Of a DNA stretch of 64,000 bases, positions 36,260 to 45,900 are shown piece after piece (the stretch's first letter is position 1; every line of letters starts with the position of its first letter). The notes under the pieces are model-generated. The model made no database searches, was not told the DNA's origin, and saw nothing but the letters and a program-made list of their open reading frames with translations. Position numbers and translations under genes: made by a program. The DNA is from Candidatus Zixiibacteriota bacterium (GTDB lineage Bacteria > Zixibacteria > MSB-5A5 > UBA10806 > 4484-95). The stretch covers positions 9,306 through 73,305 of the forward strand of contig JAAEQD010000016.1 in NCBI GenBank assembly GCA_024231855.1, given 5' to 3'.

Positions 36260-36868
36260 ATGAGGCATATTAAAATTATTAGTTTCTTGGCGTTAACGCT
36301 TACATTGGTTTTCTGTACAGGAGTATCAGCCCAGTTTACGGCCCAAATAAATCCGGCTGAAACTGTCTTGAAAGGTACTTCACATGCTTTCGCCAATGTT
36401 GGACTGTATGATGATGTTACTACGCTTATCGGCGGTTTCCGTCATGGTATTGGCGGCTATACCGATGCCGCCGTAAGGTTCGGATTCGCTGATGTTGATA
36501 GAGGCGGCGATAATGGTTTTATCCTTGGTGGTGATCTGCGATATCAGGTAATGGAGATGCGAATAAAAGATCCTGTCGATCTTTCAGTCGGCGGACTCGT
36601 GGAAACCGTTTTGGGTACGGGTGTAGGAAATGTCTCACTGGGTGGCTTTGTTGTTGGTTCGAGGAATATCGTTCTTACCGATTCCCAGGACCTTTGGCCC
36701 TATGGAAGATTGATTATGCGTTGGGACCACTTTGACTCTACCGATGAATTTAATATCGGTTTTAGCGCCGGCGCTTACATGGATTTGAACGAATCAACCG
36801 GGGTTTCGGCTGAATTTCAATTCGATGATCAATTCGGTTTCATCTTAAGCGCGGTTTTCGATTTATAA
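36260..36868 (+). CDS. Putative outer-membrane/secreted beta-rich protein
   Basis: ATG at 36260 preceded by GGAG. Signal peptide MRHIKIISFLALTLTLVFCTGVSA. Gly-rich beta-strand pattern. Confidence 0.55.
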   Translation: MRHIKIISFLALTLTLVFCTGVSAQFTAQINPAETVLKGTSHAFANVGLYDDVTTLIGGFRHGIGGYTDAAVRFGFADVDRGGDNGFILGGDLRYQVMEMRIKDPVDLSVGGLVETVLGTGVGNVSLGGFVVGSRNIVLTDSQDLWPYGRLIMRWDHFDSTDEFNIGFSAGAYMDLNESTGVSAEFQFDDQFGFILSAVFDL

Positions 36869-36869
36869 T

Positions 36870-37658
36870 TTGGGCTTGATTGAAGGCATAATACTGGGTG
36901 TCGTTCAGGGCTTAACCGAATTTTTACCTATTTCCAGTTCGGGTCATCTCGTTCTGGCTGGAAAAATATTGGGCAGCCGCGCGTCAACCGGATTGATTTT
37001 CGAAGTGATGGTTCATTTCGCGACTATGGTCGCGGTACTGATATATTTTCGCGGAAAGATTGGAAAAATGATACTGAGCCTGTTGCCGCCATATACATCC
37101 GAGAAAATGCCTTTGCTCAAACTGGCGGGTATCATTGTTCTGGGAACGATCCCGGCTGTGATTTTCGGTTTGGTGTTTGAGGATAAAATCGAGAGCGCCT
37201 TTGGCTCATCGAAGATGGCATCACTAATGCTTCTGGTAACGGGATTAGTGCTTCTTTCGACAAAACTTATCAAACCGGGGCAAAAACCTCTCGATTTTAA
37301 ATCCGGCTTTCTTGTCGGCATAGCTCAAGCGGCGGCGCTATTGCCGGGTATCTCGAGATCGGGTTCAACCATTTCGGCCGGGATGCATTTAAAAATCGAT
37401 CCCGCCGAAGCCGCGGAGTTTTCCTTTTTGTTGTCGCTACCGGCAGTTTTTGGCGCGACCTTATTGAAATCATTCGATCTGTTTTCATCACCGATTGCCA
37501 GTGGGGCGATCGGCATATATATAGCAGGATCATTGACGGCTTTTGCCGTGGGCTATCTTTCGATTATTTGGCTTATGCGGATTATCAGGCAGGGGCGGTT
37601 TTTTTATTTCGGCGTCTATTGTCTGGCAGTCGGCGTTTTTAGTCTGGTATTATTATGA
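36870..37658 (+). CDS. uppP: Undecaprenyl-diphosphate phosphatase
   Basis: TTG start. GLTEFLPISSSGHL and PGISRSGSTI motifs. Confidence 0.85.
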   Translation: MGLIEGIILGVVQGLTEFLPISSSGHLVLAGKILGSRASTGLIFEVMVHFATMVAVLIYFRGKIGKMILSLLPPYTSEKMPLLKLAGIIVLGTIPAVIFGLVFEDKIESAFGSSKMASLMLLVTGLVLLSTKLIKPGQKPLDFKSGFLVGIAQAAALLPGISRSGSTISAGMHLKIDPAEAAEFSFLLSLPAVFGATLLKSFDLFSSPIASGAIGIYIAGSLTAFAVGYLSIIWLMRIIRQGRFFYFGVYCLAVGVFSLVLL

Positions 37659-38665
37659 AACTGAAAAAAATACTGATCATACGTCTTAATGCTATGGGTG
37701 ATGTCATATTGGCTTTACCGGTGGCAATGGCTATCAAAGATGCTTATCCCGCCGTAACCGTCGACTTTGTCACCCGCAAAGCATACGCGCCTTTGTTCGA
37801 TCAGTTTCCCGCGGTTGATACGGCTTTCGCTTTCGACCAAAGTATGCGGGAACTGCTAAAAGAGTTGAAAAAACAGAAATATGATACAGTGATCGACCTC
37901 CAGAAGAATCCCAGAAGTCTAATTCTATCGGCCGGCATTAATCCCAAAAACGTAGTAAGTTACCCCAAACGTCGGTTTAAGCGTGAATTGATCGTCAGGC
38001 AATCGTTATTGAAATTGAACGCCGGCCACACCGTTGATGCTTACTTGAAAGCGTTATCCCGATTGAAAATCAATCCATTAAGCAGGCGTCCCCGCGTTGA
38101 ACTTCAGCCGGAAATCGCTAAATTCGGCGACTCTTTCATAAGCAACGCGAAATTCACGGGCAAGATAATCGGTCTGTGTCCCGGCTCGAAGCATGAAGAG
38201 AAAAAATGGCCGCAATATCAGCAGCTGGCCGAACTGCTTATTGGCGAAGATGATAAAAACGTGATTGTATTCAGTGGCCCGGCCGATAGATTTGATCCCA
38301 ACCTGAATATATCATCTGATAAGCTGGTGGCCGCTCATAAACTGCCAATAGATCGCGTGGCCGGAGTAATGTCGAAATGCGACCTGGTGGTTACCAATGA
38401 TTCAGGACTGATGCATTTGGCCGTGGCTTTATCGGTGCCGGTGGTGGCGATTTTCGGGCCGACTCACCCATCGCTTGGTTTCTCACCCCTGGGCGATTAC
38501 GACAAGGTAGTCTGTGATAATGTTGAGTGTTCGCCCTGCAGTCTGCACGGCGAAAAAAAATGCAAAATGCCCCGCAAATTTTGTTTTGAAAATATTTCGC
38601 CAGAACTGGTGAAAAGCGAACTAGATAAAACTCTTTATGTCGAAATTCCCAGCCAGATATTATGA
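37655..38665 (+). CDS. Glycosyltransferase family 9 (heptosyltransferase-like), paralog 3
   Basis: ATGA overlap with uppP. ILIIRLNAMGDVILALPV, CPGSKHEEKKWP and TNDSGLMHLAVALSVPVVAIFGPT blocks. Confidence 0.8.
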   Translation: MKLKKILIIRLNAMGDVILALPVAMAIKDAYPAVTVDFVTRKAYAPLFDQFPAVDTAFAFDQSMRELLKELKKQKYDTVIDLQKNPRSLILSAGINPKNVVSYPKRRFKRELIVRQSLLKLNAGHTVDAYLKALSRLKINPLSRRPRVELQPEIAKFGDSFISNAKFTGKIIGLCPGSKHEEKKWPQYQQLAELLIGEDDKNVIVFSGPADRFDPNLNISSDKLVAAHKLPIDRVAGVMSKCDLVVTNDSGLMHLAVALSVPVVAIFGPTHPSLGFSPLGDYDKVVCDNVECSPCSLHGEKKCKMPRKFCFENISPELVKSELDKTLYVEIPSQIL

Positions 38666-39623
38666 CAATCTTCCCGATAAACGGGTGAGATGTACGCTTT
38701 GTCCTTCTAATTGCGCCATTAAACCCGGCAATTTTGGTAATTGCCGTCTGCGTAAAAATGATAATGGTGAATTAATTGCCGCCGGCTATGGGCAATTGGT
38801 ATCGCTGGCAATCGATCCGATCGAGAAAAAACCTCTTTACCATTTTTATCCGGGCAAACCGATATTATCGACCGGCCCCAACGGCTGTAATCTTCGCTGC
38901 CCATTCTGCCAGAACTGGACAATTTCACAGCAGGAAACTACTACCGACTTTGTACCGCCGGAACAACTTGTCGAGATCGCCGAAAAAAGAAATTCAATCG
39001 GAGTCGCGTTTACCTATACCGAACCGCTGATCTGGTTTGAATATTTTTACGATTGCGCCAAACTGCTCAAAGCCCGAGGCTTGAAAGTCGTTGCTGTCAG
39101 CAATGGTTACTTGAACGAGGAACCGGCCCGCGAGTTATTTAAACTTATTGATGCCGCGAATATCGATTTTAAATCGGCTTCGAAAGAATTCTATAAAAAG
39201 ACCTGCCGGGGAAATCGAGATGATGTAATACGCACGATTAAGATAGCTAAAGAGGCGGGGGTATTTGTCGAATTGACCAATCTTCTGATAACCGGTGAGA
39301 ATGACAGCGACAAAGATTTGAACGAAATTGTCAACCTGATCGCCGACATAGACCCGTTAATCCCGTTTCATATATCGAGATACTTCCCTCAGTATAAGTA
39401 TAATAATCCGCCGACCCCGGTATCCACGCTTAAAAAAGCTGTCGAAATCGCCCGGCAAAAACTTGCCTATGTCTACCCTGGGAATTATATTGACGGCTCG
39501 GATACCGTTTGCCCCGACTGCGGCCGCATCCTGGTCGAGCGAAGCGGATATTCGATTGGATTGCCCGATGGGGAGACTCAAAATTGTCCCGGCTGCGGAC
39601 GTAAGGTTGATATTATATGGTAA
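38637..39623 (+). CDS. amrS: AmmeMemoRadiSam-system-type radical SAM enzyme (PFL-activase-like)
   Basis: CNLRCPFCQNW (CxxxCxxC). N-terminal CTLCPSNC...GNC. DPIEKKPLYHFYPG block. C-terminal CPDCG...CPGCG. Confidence 0.7.
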   Translation: MSKFPARYYDNLPDKRVRCTLCPSNCAIKPGNFGNCRLRKNDNGELIAAGYGQLVSLAIDPIEKKPLYHFYPGKPILSTGPNGCNLRCPFCQNWTISQQETTTDFVPPEQLVEIAEKRNSIGVAFTYTEPLIWFEYFYDCAKLLKARGLKVVAVSNGYLNEEPARELFKLIDAANIDFKSASKEFYKKTCRGNRDDVIRTIKIAKEAGVFVELTNLLITGENDSDKDLNEIVNLIADIDPLIPFHISRYFPQYKYNNPPTPVSTLKKAVEIARQKLAYVYPGNYIDGSDTVCPDCGRILVERSGYSIGLPDGETQNCPGCGRKVDIIW

Positions 39624-39642
39624 TTAAAACGAAGAGGTAGAC

Positions 39643-40839
39643 ATGGCCAAAGTTAATATTTCAGGGCGAGCGGCTTTGCTTCCGCCATCACCGATAAGAA
39701 AATTGATCCCGTATGCCGACCAGGCCAAGAAACGCGGTGTTCATGTATATCATTTAAATATCGGTCAGCCCGATATCGAAACTCCGCCGGAGTTCTGGCA
39801 CGCGATTAACAATTACTCCGAAAAAGTGCTGGCTTACGGTAATTCGCAGGGGATGGCCGATTATCTCGATAAGCTCTCCGCCTATTACAAACGTTGCGGC
39901 CTTGATATCAATGCCGATGATATCATAGTTACCACAGGTGGTTCTGAAGCGATTATTTTTGCCATGACCGCGATCTGCGATCCGGGTGATGAGATTATCG
40001 TATTCGAACCGTTTTACACGAATTACAATGGCTTTGCCGTGCAGGCGAGCATCAACCTGGTGCCGCTGACCACCAATGCCGAAGATGGTTATCATCTTCC
40101 TTCTGCCGCTGATATCGAAAAAGTTATTACCGATAAAACGCGCGGAATAATGTATTGCAATCCCAATAATCCAACCGGCACATTGTACACTATCGATGAG
40201 ATAAACCGTCTTCGAGATATCGCGATTAAGCATAATTTGTATTTGTTGGCCGATGAGGTTTACCGCGAGTATATCTATGAAGGTGAATATACCAGCGTAA
40301 TGTCGCTAGAGGGGATAAATAATCAGGCGATCATGCTTGACTCTATCAGCAAAAGATATTCCGCTTGCGGCGCGAGAGTTGGCAACTTGGTTACCAGGAA
40401 CAAAGATATCTACACCGCCGCCTTACACCTTGGCCAGGCCAGGCTTTGTTCGCCGACGCTCGAGCAGGTAGGAGCCGCCGCCGCTTATGAACTCGGGGAT
40501 GAATATTTCGAGAAAATGACAAACGAGTACCGCCGTCGCCGTGATGTCGTTTATGATGGTTTAATGAAGATCGAAGACACGGTATGTTTAAAGCCCAGCG
40601 GCGCGTTTTATATTATGGCCAAGTTACCCATTGACGATGCCGAGGATTTTTCCAAATTCATGCTAACGGATTTCGACTACGACGGTAAAACTGTTATGAT
40701 GGCGCCGGGACCGGGATTTTACGCCTCGGATGGCATGGGCAAAAGCGAATGCCGGATCGCCTATGTTCTCAACACCGGCGATCTGAAGGATGCTATGCTG
40801 ACTTTGAAATATGGCGTGGAAGCCTATAATTCACGATGA
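39643..40839 (+). CDS. PLP-dependent aminotransferase, class I/II (aspartate aminotransferase-like)
   Basis: SISKRYSACGARVG PLP-lysine motif. NPNNPTG block. Confidence 0.8.
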   Translation: MAKVNISGRAALLPPSPIRKLIPYADQAKKRGVHVYHLNIGQPDIETPPEFWHAINNYSEKVLAYGNSQGMADYLDKLSAYYKRCGLDINADDIIVTTGGSEAIIFAMTAICDPGDEIIVFEPFYTNYNGFAVQASINLVPLTTNAEDGYHLPSAADIEKVITDKTRGIMYCNPNNPTGTLYTIDEINRLRDIAIKHNLYLLADEVYREYIYEGEYTSVMSLEGINNQAIMLDSISKRYSACGARVGNLVTRNKDIYTAALHLGQARLCSPTLEQVGAAAAYELGDEYFEKMTNEYRRRRDVVYDGLMKIEDTVCLKPSGAFYIMAKLPIDDAEDFSKFMLTDFDYDGKTVMMAPGPGFYASDGMGKSECRIAYVLNTGDLKDAMLTLKYGVEAYNSR

Positions 40840-41795
40840 AAGTTAGACTCGGTATAGATCTCGGTGGAACGTTCATCAAAGCCGGGATAATTGATGAATC
40901 TTTTAAGATAATTTATCGCTTTAAACATCCGGCCGGAGCCGATATCGACTCAATCACGGTAAGGCGCAATTTGAATTTTATCTACAAGCGCCTGATTGAA
41001 AAATGCGATCAAAAAAATTATGAACCGCAATCATTGGGAATCGGCAGTCCGGGGACTATAAGTCAACCGAAAGGTATCGTCACCGATGCTGCTCCTAATA
41101 TCGCGGGCTGGACCGGGACCGCTCTAACGAAGGTTTTCGGCAATACAAAAATACCGGTCTTTGCCGATAATGACGCGAACTGCGCGGCTTTAGCGGAGTA
41201 CTTGGTTGGATTTAAATGCCTGTATACCGATATGATCTTCGTCACGGTTGGCACCGGTATCGGAGGCGGCATAATAATCGGTGGAAAATTGCATCGAGGC
41301 AGCCATTACGCGTCTTCGGAGATCGGCCATACGGTAATCAGGCATAATGGTAGATTGTGCAAATGTGGCATCAAAGGCTGCCTGGAGGCTTATGCCAGTG
41401 TGCCTAATATGATGAAGAGAGCATTATATTGGGCCGTCAAATATAACATGAAAATAAACCGGGATATAAAACCGATCGAACTGTTTAATTTATATAAAGG
41501 CGGGAACAGATTTGCTATCAAGACCATAAAAGAGAATGCCGATTATCTAGGTGCAGGTCTGGGATCGCTAGTTAATACCCTTAATCCCGAAATATTGATA
41601 ATCGGCGGTGGATTTTCGGGAACGGGCAAAGAGTATGTGAAGTTGATTAAAGAGTCAATCGCGCGGCAGGCATTTAAAGCCGCCACCTCCAAACTGAAGG
41701 TAGCGAAAGCGAAAATGGGAAACCATGCCGGATTTGTTGGAGCGGCGTTATTATCTTTTATTGAGAAAAATGGAAAAATCAAAAAACAAAAATAA
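40836..41795 (+). CDS. ROK family sugar kinase (glucokinase-like)
   Basis: DLGGTFIKAG ATP motif. ROK zinc motif CKCGIKGCLEAY. Confidence 0.8.
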   Translation: MKVRLGIDLGGTFIKAGIIDESFKIIYRFKHPAGADIDSITVRRNLNFIYKRLIEKCDQKNYEPQSLGIGSPGTISQPKGIVTDAAPNIAGWTGTALTKVFGNTKIPVFADNDANCAALAEYLVGFKCLYTDMIFVTVGTGIGGGIIIGGKLHRGSHYASSEIGHTVIRHNGRLCKCGIKGCLEAYASVPNMMKRALYWAVKYNMKINRDIKPIELFNLYKGGNRFAIKTIKENADYLGAGLGSLVNTLNPEILIIGGGFSGTGKEYVKLIKESIARQAFKAATSKLKVAKAKMGNHAGFVGAALLSFIEKNGKIKKQK

Positions 41796-41973
41796 TAAGC
41801 GCGAAAAACGCGAATTTATTGGCGTAATTTATAAGTGCTGTCATGTTTATAGTCGTATTTACTTAAACAAGGCAAAAACGGCCTTCGTTGGCTGGTGCCC
41901 CAAGTGCGGCGCTAAAATGGAGATTTTCTTGTCTCCAACTGGCTCAAAATCGAAGTTTTTTGCGGCGGAATGA
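41770..41973 (+). CDS. Small basic Cys-rich protein (67 aa; CC...CxxC zinc-ribbon-like)
   Basis: ATG at 41770 inside ORF 41725..41973. Sequence MEKSKNKNNKREKREFIGVIYKCCHVYSRIYLNKAKTAFVGWCPKCGAKMEIF. Overlaps the end of the ROK gene. Coding status is plausible but unproven. Confidence 0.45.
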   Translation: MEKSKNKNNKREKREFIGVIYKCCHVYSRIYLNKAKTAFVGWCPKCGAKMEIFLSPTGSKSKFFAAE

Positions 41974-42025
41974 TAAAAGATGTTGATTTCTTTCGTATCT
42001 AAAACATACATTAAAGCTACAACTT

Positions 42026-42691
42026 ATGGATATTTTGTTTTGGCAGGTCTTGGCAGGATGCCTGTTGATTGCGCTTTTGATAAGCCTGAAATTCAGACCT
42101 GAGAGAGATGATAATAACAATCGGAACCAAGAGGACCGATCGGATATGAATGAGAAACTTTATATAATCCCGCTTGATGAGGGGACTCGCAAGTTCAGCG
42201 GCTGGCTTCTTAACGAATTATGCAAAAGATTTACTTTAAAGCCTCAGTCAGGTATTGTCTCCCGTCTGCCTGAAGAATCGTTTAATCAAAAACAAAATCA
42301 ATACTATGCCACGACGATATTGAGCAAACTCGAACTACTGAAGGGAACCGATTTCGAGATGATCCTGGCCACCACCGAAGAAGATCTTTTCATTCCCAAT
42401 AAAAATTTCGTTATGGGGCAGGCCAACAGCACCAGTCATACATCCGTAATCAGCACTTTCAGGATCAAACCGGAATTCTACGGTTTGCCCGAGGATGAGG
42501 TACTTCTCAAATCCAGACTTCTGAATCTGGCATCGCATGAAGTAGGCCATATGTTGGGTTTGAAAAATTGCCTAAACAAGGATTGCCAGATGTATGTTGC
42601 CGATACGCTGACCGAATTGGATAATCGGCCGGAGACTTTTTGCGCCGAATGTATTTTAAACCTGACCTTGCCTTCCAAGGTAAAAACGTGA
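42026..42691 (+). CDS. Archaemetzincin-like (M54) zinc peptidase with N-terminal TM helix
   Basis: HEVGHMLGLKNCLNKDCQM...FCAEC fits the archaemetzincin HExxHxxGxxxCxxxxCxM...CxxC signature. N-terminal segment ILFWQVLAGCLLIALLISL. Confidence 0.75.
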   Translation: MDILFWQVLAGCLLIALLISLKFRPERDDNNNRNQEDRSDMNEKLYIIPLDEGTRKFSGWLLNELCKRFTLKPQSGIVSRLPEESFNQKQNQYYATTILSKLELLKGTDFEMILATTEEDLFIPNKNFVMGQANSTSHTSVISTFRIKPEFYGLPEDEVLLKSRLLNLASHEVGHMLGLKNCLNKDCQMYVADTLTELDNRPETFCAECILNLTLPSKVKT

Positions 42692-42869
42692 TTTCTTAAA
42701 ACTATCCGTTTTATAATATTTTAATTCGTATCAAGTCATGAGTTTTATCAAAATAGATATTCGAATTAAACACTTTTTGCGGTTGTTACGGTTTGAATGG
42801 ATGAATATGTTTTACAATTATTGCTCGTTCCTTCAAAGAATATATAAACCGCTCAAACGCAGTTTTTAC

Positions 42870-42898
42870 TTGCAAGATAGGCGGTATTTTCATATAAG
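42870..42898 (+). promoter_or_regulatory. Promoter candidate (TTGCAA-17nt-TATAAG) for the 1374-aa gene
   Basis: Hexamers at 42870..42875 and 42893..42898. GAGGAG Shine-Dalgarno before the ATG at 42919. Confidence 0.35.
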
Positions 42899-42918
42899 TA
42901 ACCCCTTAGAGGAGTAAT

Positions 42919-45900
42919 ATGAAATTTATTGGTATCGACATTGGTTCTATTTCTATAAGTATCGCGGGAATAGACCGTTCAAAAAATATACTTTTCACCG
43001 ATTATTTTCGTCACCAGGGTGCCCCGGAATCAGCCTTGAAAAAATATTTGGCGGGTATAAACCTGCCGGCTTTCGATGGTATAGCTTTTACCGGCACCGG
43101 TGGTAACAAGCCTGCTGATATTCTGGGGTGTTCGTATATAAATGAAATAATCGCTACCGCCGCGGCTTTAGCCGAATATAGTCCCAAAACAAAATCAGCA
43201 ATCGAAATGGGCGGTCAGGGCTCGAAATATTTTCATCTGAGCGGTGATTCGCTTGTTGATTTTGCTACAAGCGGCTTATGCGCCGCCGGTACCGGTTCAT
43301 TCCTCGATCAGCAAGCCGCCAGGCTGAGAGTTGAGATCGATCAGGAATTCGGCAACCTGGCTTTAAAATCGGAAAGCCCGCCCCATATCGCGGGGCGGTG
43401 CTCGGTGTTCGCCAAATCCGATATGATACATCACCAGCAAATCGGTACTTCTGATTATGACATTATCGCCGGTTTATGCTACGCCGTTACTCGTAATTTT
43501 AAAGGCACTATACTTCAAAAAAAGAAGCTGAGCAAACCGGTCGCGTTTATCGGCGGAGTTGCTTTAAACCAGGGCGTAATTAAAGCTTTCAAAGACGAAT
43601 TGGAATTGAAGGACGATGAACTGATTATCCCGGATAATTGTCTGTATTACTCAGCCCTGGGCGCCGCCATAAAAGCATTTGAAAAACAGGAAAAATCCGC
43701 GGCAGGGCGATTCAAAGTTACTCTTCTTGATCGTAAAATCGTTTTAAAAAGGGGTGGGGAGCAACTGGAATATAAGAACCCGGATACTAAACATTATGAT
43801 ATCACATCCCACCAGCCCGAAATCACATCGACCGTCGGCTATCTTGGCGTTGATATTGGCTCGCTATCGACCAATCTCGCGGTCATTGATCCCGATGGCA
43901 AAGTGATGGCTCGCCGCTATTTGATGACCGAGGGAAGACCGATAAAAACGGTTCAACGAGGCTTGCGGGAAATTGCCGGTGAACTCGATGGAAAAGTTGA
44001 AATCACGGGTGTCGGCACAACGGGATCAGGACGCTATTTGATAGGCGATCTTCTGGGAGCCGATATCGTTAGGAATGAAATAACCGCTCAAGCCAGGGCC
44101 GCGGTGTTTTTCGATTCGGATGTGGATACGATATTCGAAATCGGTGGGCAGGATTCCAAATTTATCAGCCTCGATAACGGCACTGTTATCGATTTCGAGA
44201 TGAACAAAGCATGCGCCGCCGGTACCGGTTCGTTCCTTCAGGAACAAGCCGAACGCCTGGATATATCGATTGAGGAACAGTTCGGCAAAATGGCTTTGAA
44301 ATCCGGTTGTCCGGTAGGCTGCGGCGAGCGCTGTACTGTCTTCATCGAATCTGATATCATTAGCCATCAACAACAGGGCGCTCCCCGTCAAGACCTGGTG
44401 GCCGGACTGGCTTATTCGATAGTTAATAATTATTTGAATAAAGTCGTAGGAAATCGGCGAATAGGCAACAGGATATTTTTCCAGGGAGGCGTAGCCTGGA
44501 ATAAGGGCGTAGTAGCCGCTTTCGAAAAAGTTACCGGTAAGAAAATTATCATTCCGCCTCATCATGATATTACCGGGGCTATTGGCGCGGCTTTATTGGC
44601 CTTGGAATATAACCGGAATGACACGTATTTCAAAGGTTTCGGGGTTGCCGATATCGAGTTCAAGCAGGAAAGTTTTGTTTGTGAAGACTGCGCCAACGTA
44701 TGCACGATAAGAAAAATAATCGGCACCGGCGGCAAAGAATTATACTACGGTTCGCGCTGTGAGAAATATGATGCCGAGGAGAAAACTTCAGACTCCGGAG
44801 ATAGCAATAATCCGGTTGCCTGGCGCAATCGCTTGATGTTTTCCTATGGGCGCAAGAAACACGAGATGCCCAAAGGCGTAATAGGCTTGCCCAGACTTTT
44901 AAGCAATTGGGCGCTATGGCCGCTCTGGGCTACCTTTTTCAATGAATTGGGTTATAAAGTTATGGGATCCGCTCCAACCAATAACACCATAATCCGCGAG
45001 GGCAGCGAGATCGTCGGCTCGGAAACCTGTTTCCCGATAAAAGTGGCGCATGGACATATATTAAACCTTCTGCAAAGACAAGTAGATTTCATATTCTTGC
45101 CATCGATAATTAATCTCGAAGCTCATAAAGATGAAAAACTTGAAAGTTATTTATGCCCCTATGTACAATCAATACCCTATCTGGTCAAAAGCGTTATTGG
45201 CGGAAGATTTAAAAAACAAAAACTTATCAATCCATCGATATATTTAGGCTATGGCCAGAAACTTCTCGAAAGACAGGCGGCCCAATTGGGCAAATCGATC
45301 GGGTGTTCAAAACGTAAAGCAATTAAAGCGATAAGAATCGCTCAAAAAGCCCAGGCTGAGTTTAATATCAAACTTCGCGAGAAAGGCCAGGAATACTTAT
45401 CCAGGCCGGATATTAAAAAACTGGTAATGGTAGGTAGACCTTACAATACATGTGATCCGGGCTTAAACCTCGAATTACCCAAAAAGATCAATAAACTCGG
45501 GGCGCTGGCGATACCGCCTGAAATGGTTCCTGTCGATAATATTCCCATAAAGGATGTCTACTGGCATTTCGGCAAATCGATTCTAAGGATAGCCGATTAT
45601 ATAAAAAGTCGTGATGATACCTATCCTGTTTACATCACGAATTTTGGCTGTGGACCCGATTCATTCATAAGCCATGATTTCAGGGATGTTCTCGGCGACA
45701 AGCCATATCTCACTCTCGAACTCGATGAACATTCCGCCGATGCCGGTTTAATTACGCGTTGTGAGGCATTTCTCGATAGCATCAGCTCGTCTAAACGATG
45801 TTTTCGGGATTACCCAAAGGCGGCTCCCGAATTTGTTAAGAGGATTAACTCAGGTAGAAAACTATATATCCCCCCTATGTGTGATTTAGCTATGATTTTC

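Noticed and set aside
44026-44565. 179-aa minus-strand ORF inside the 1374-aa gene, together with 45810..46514 and other antisense ORFs
   Set aside because: They are fully embedded antisense to a strongly motif-supported CDS and have no independent motifs.
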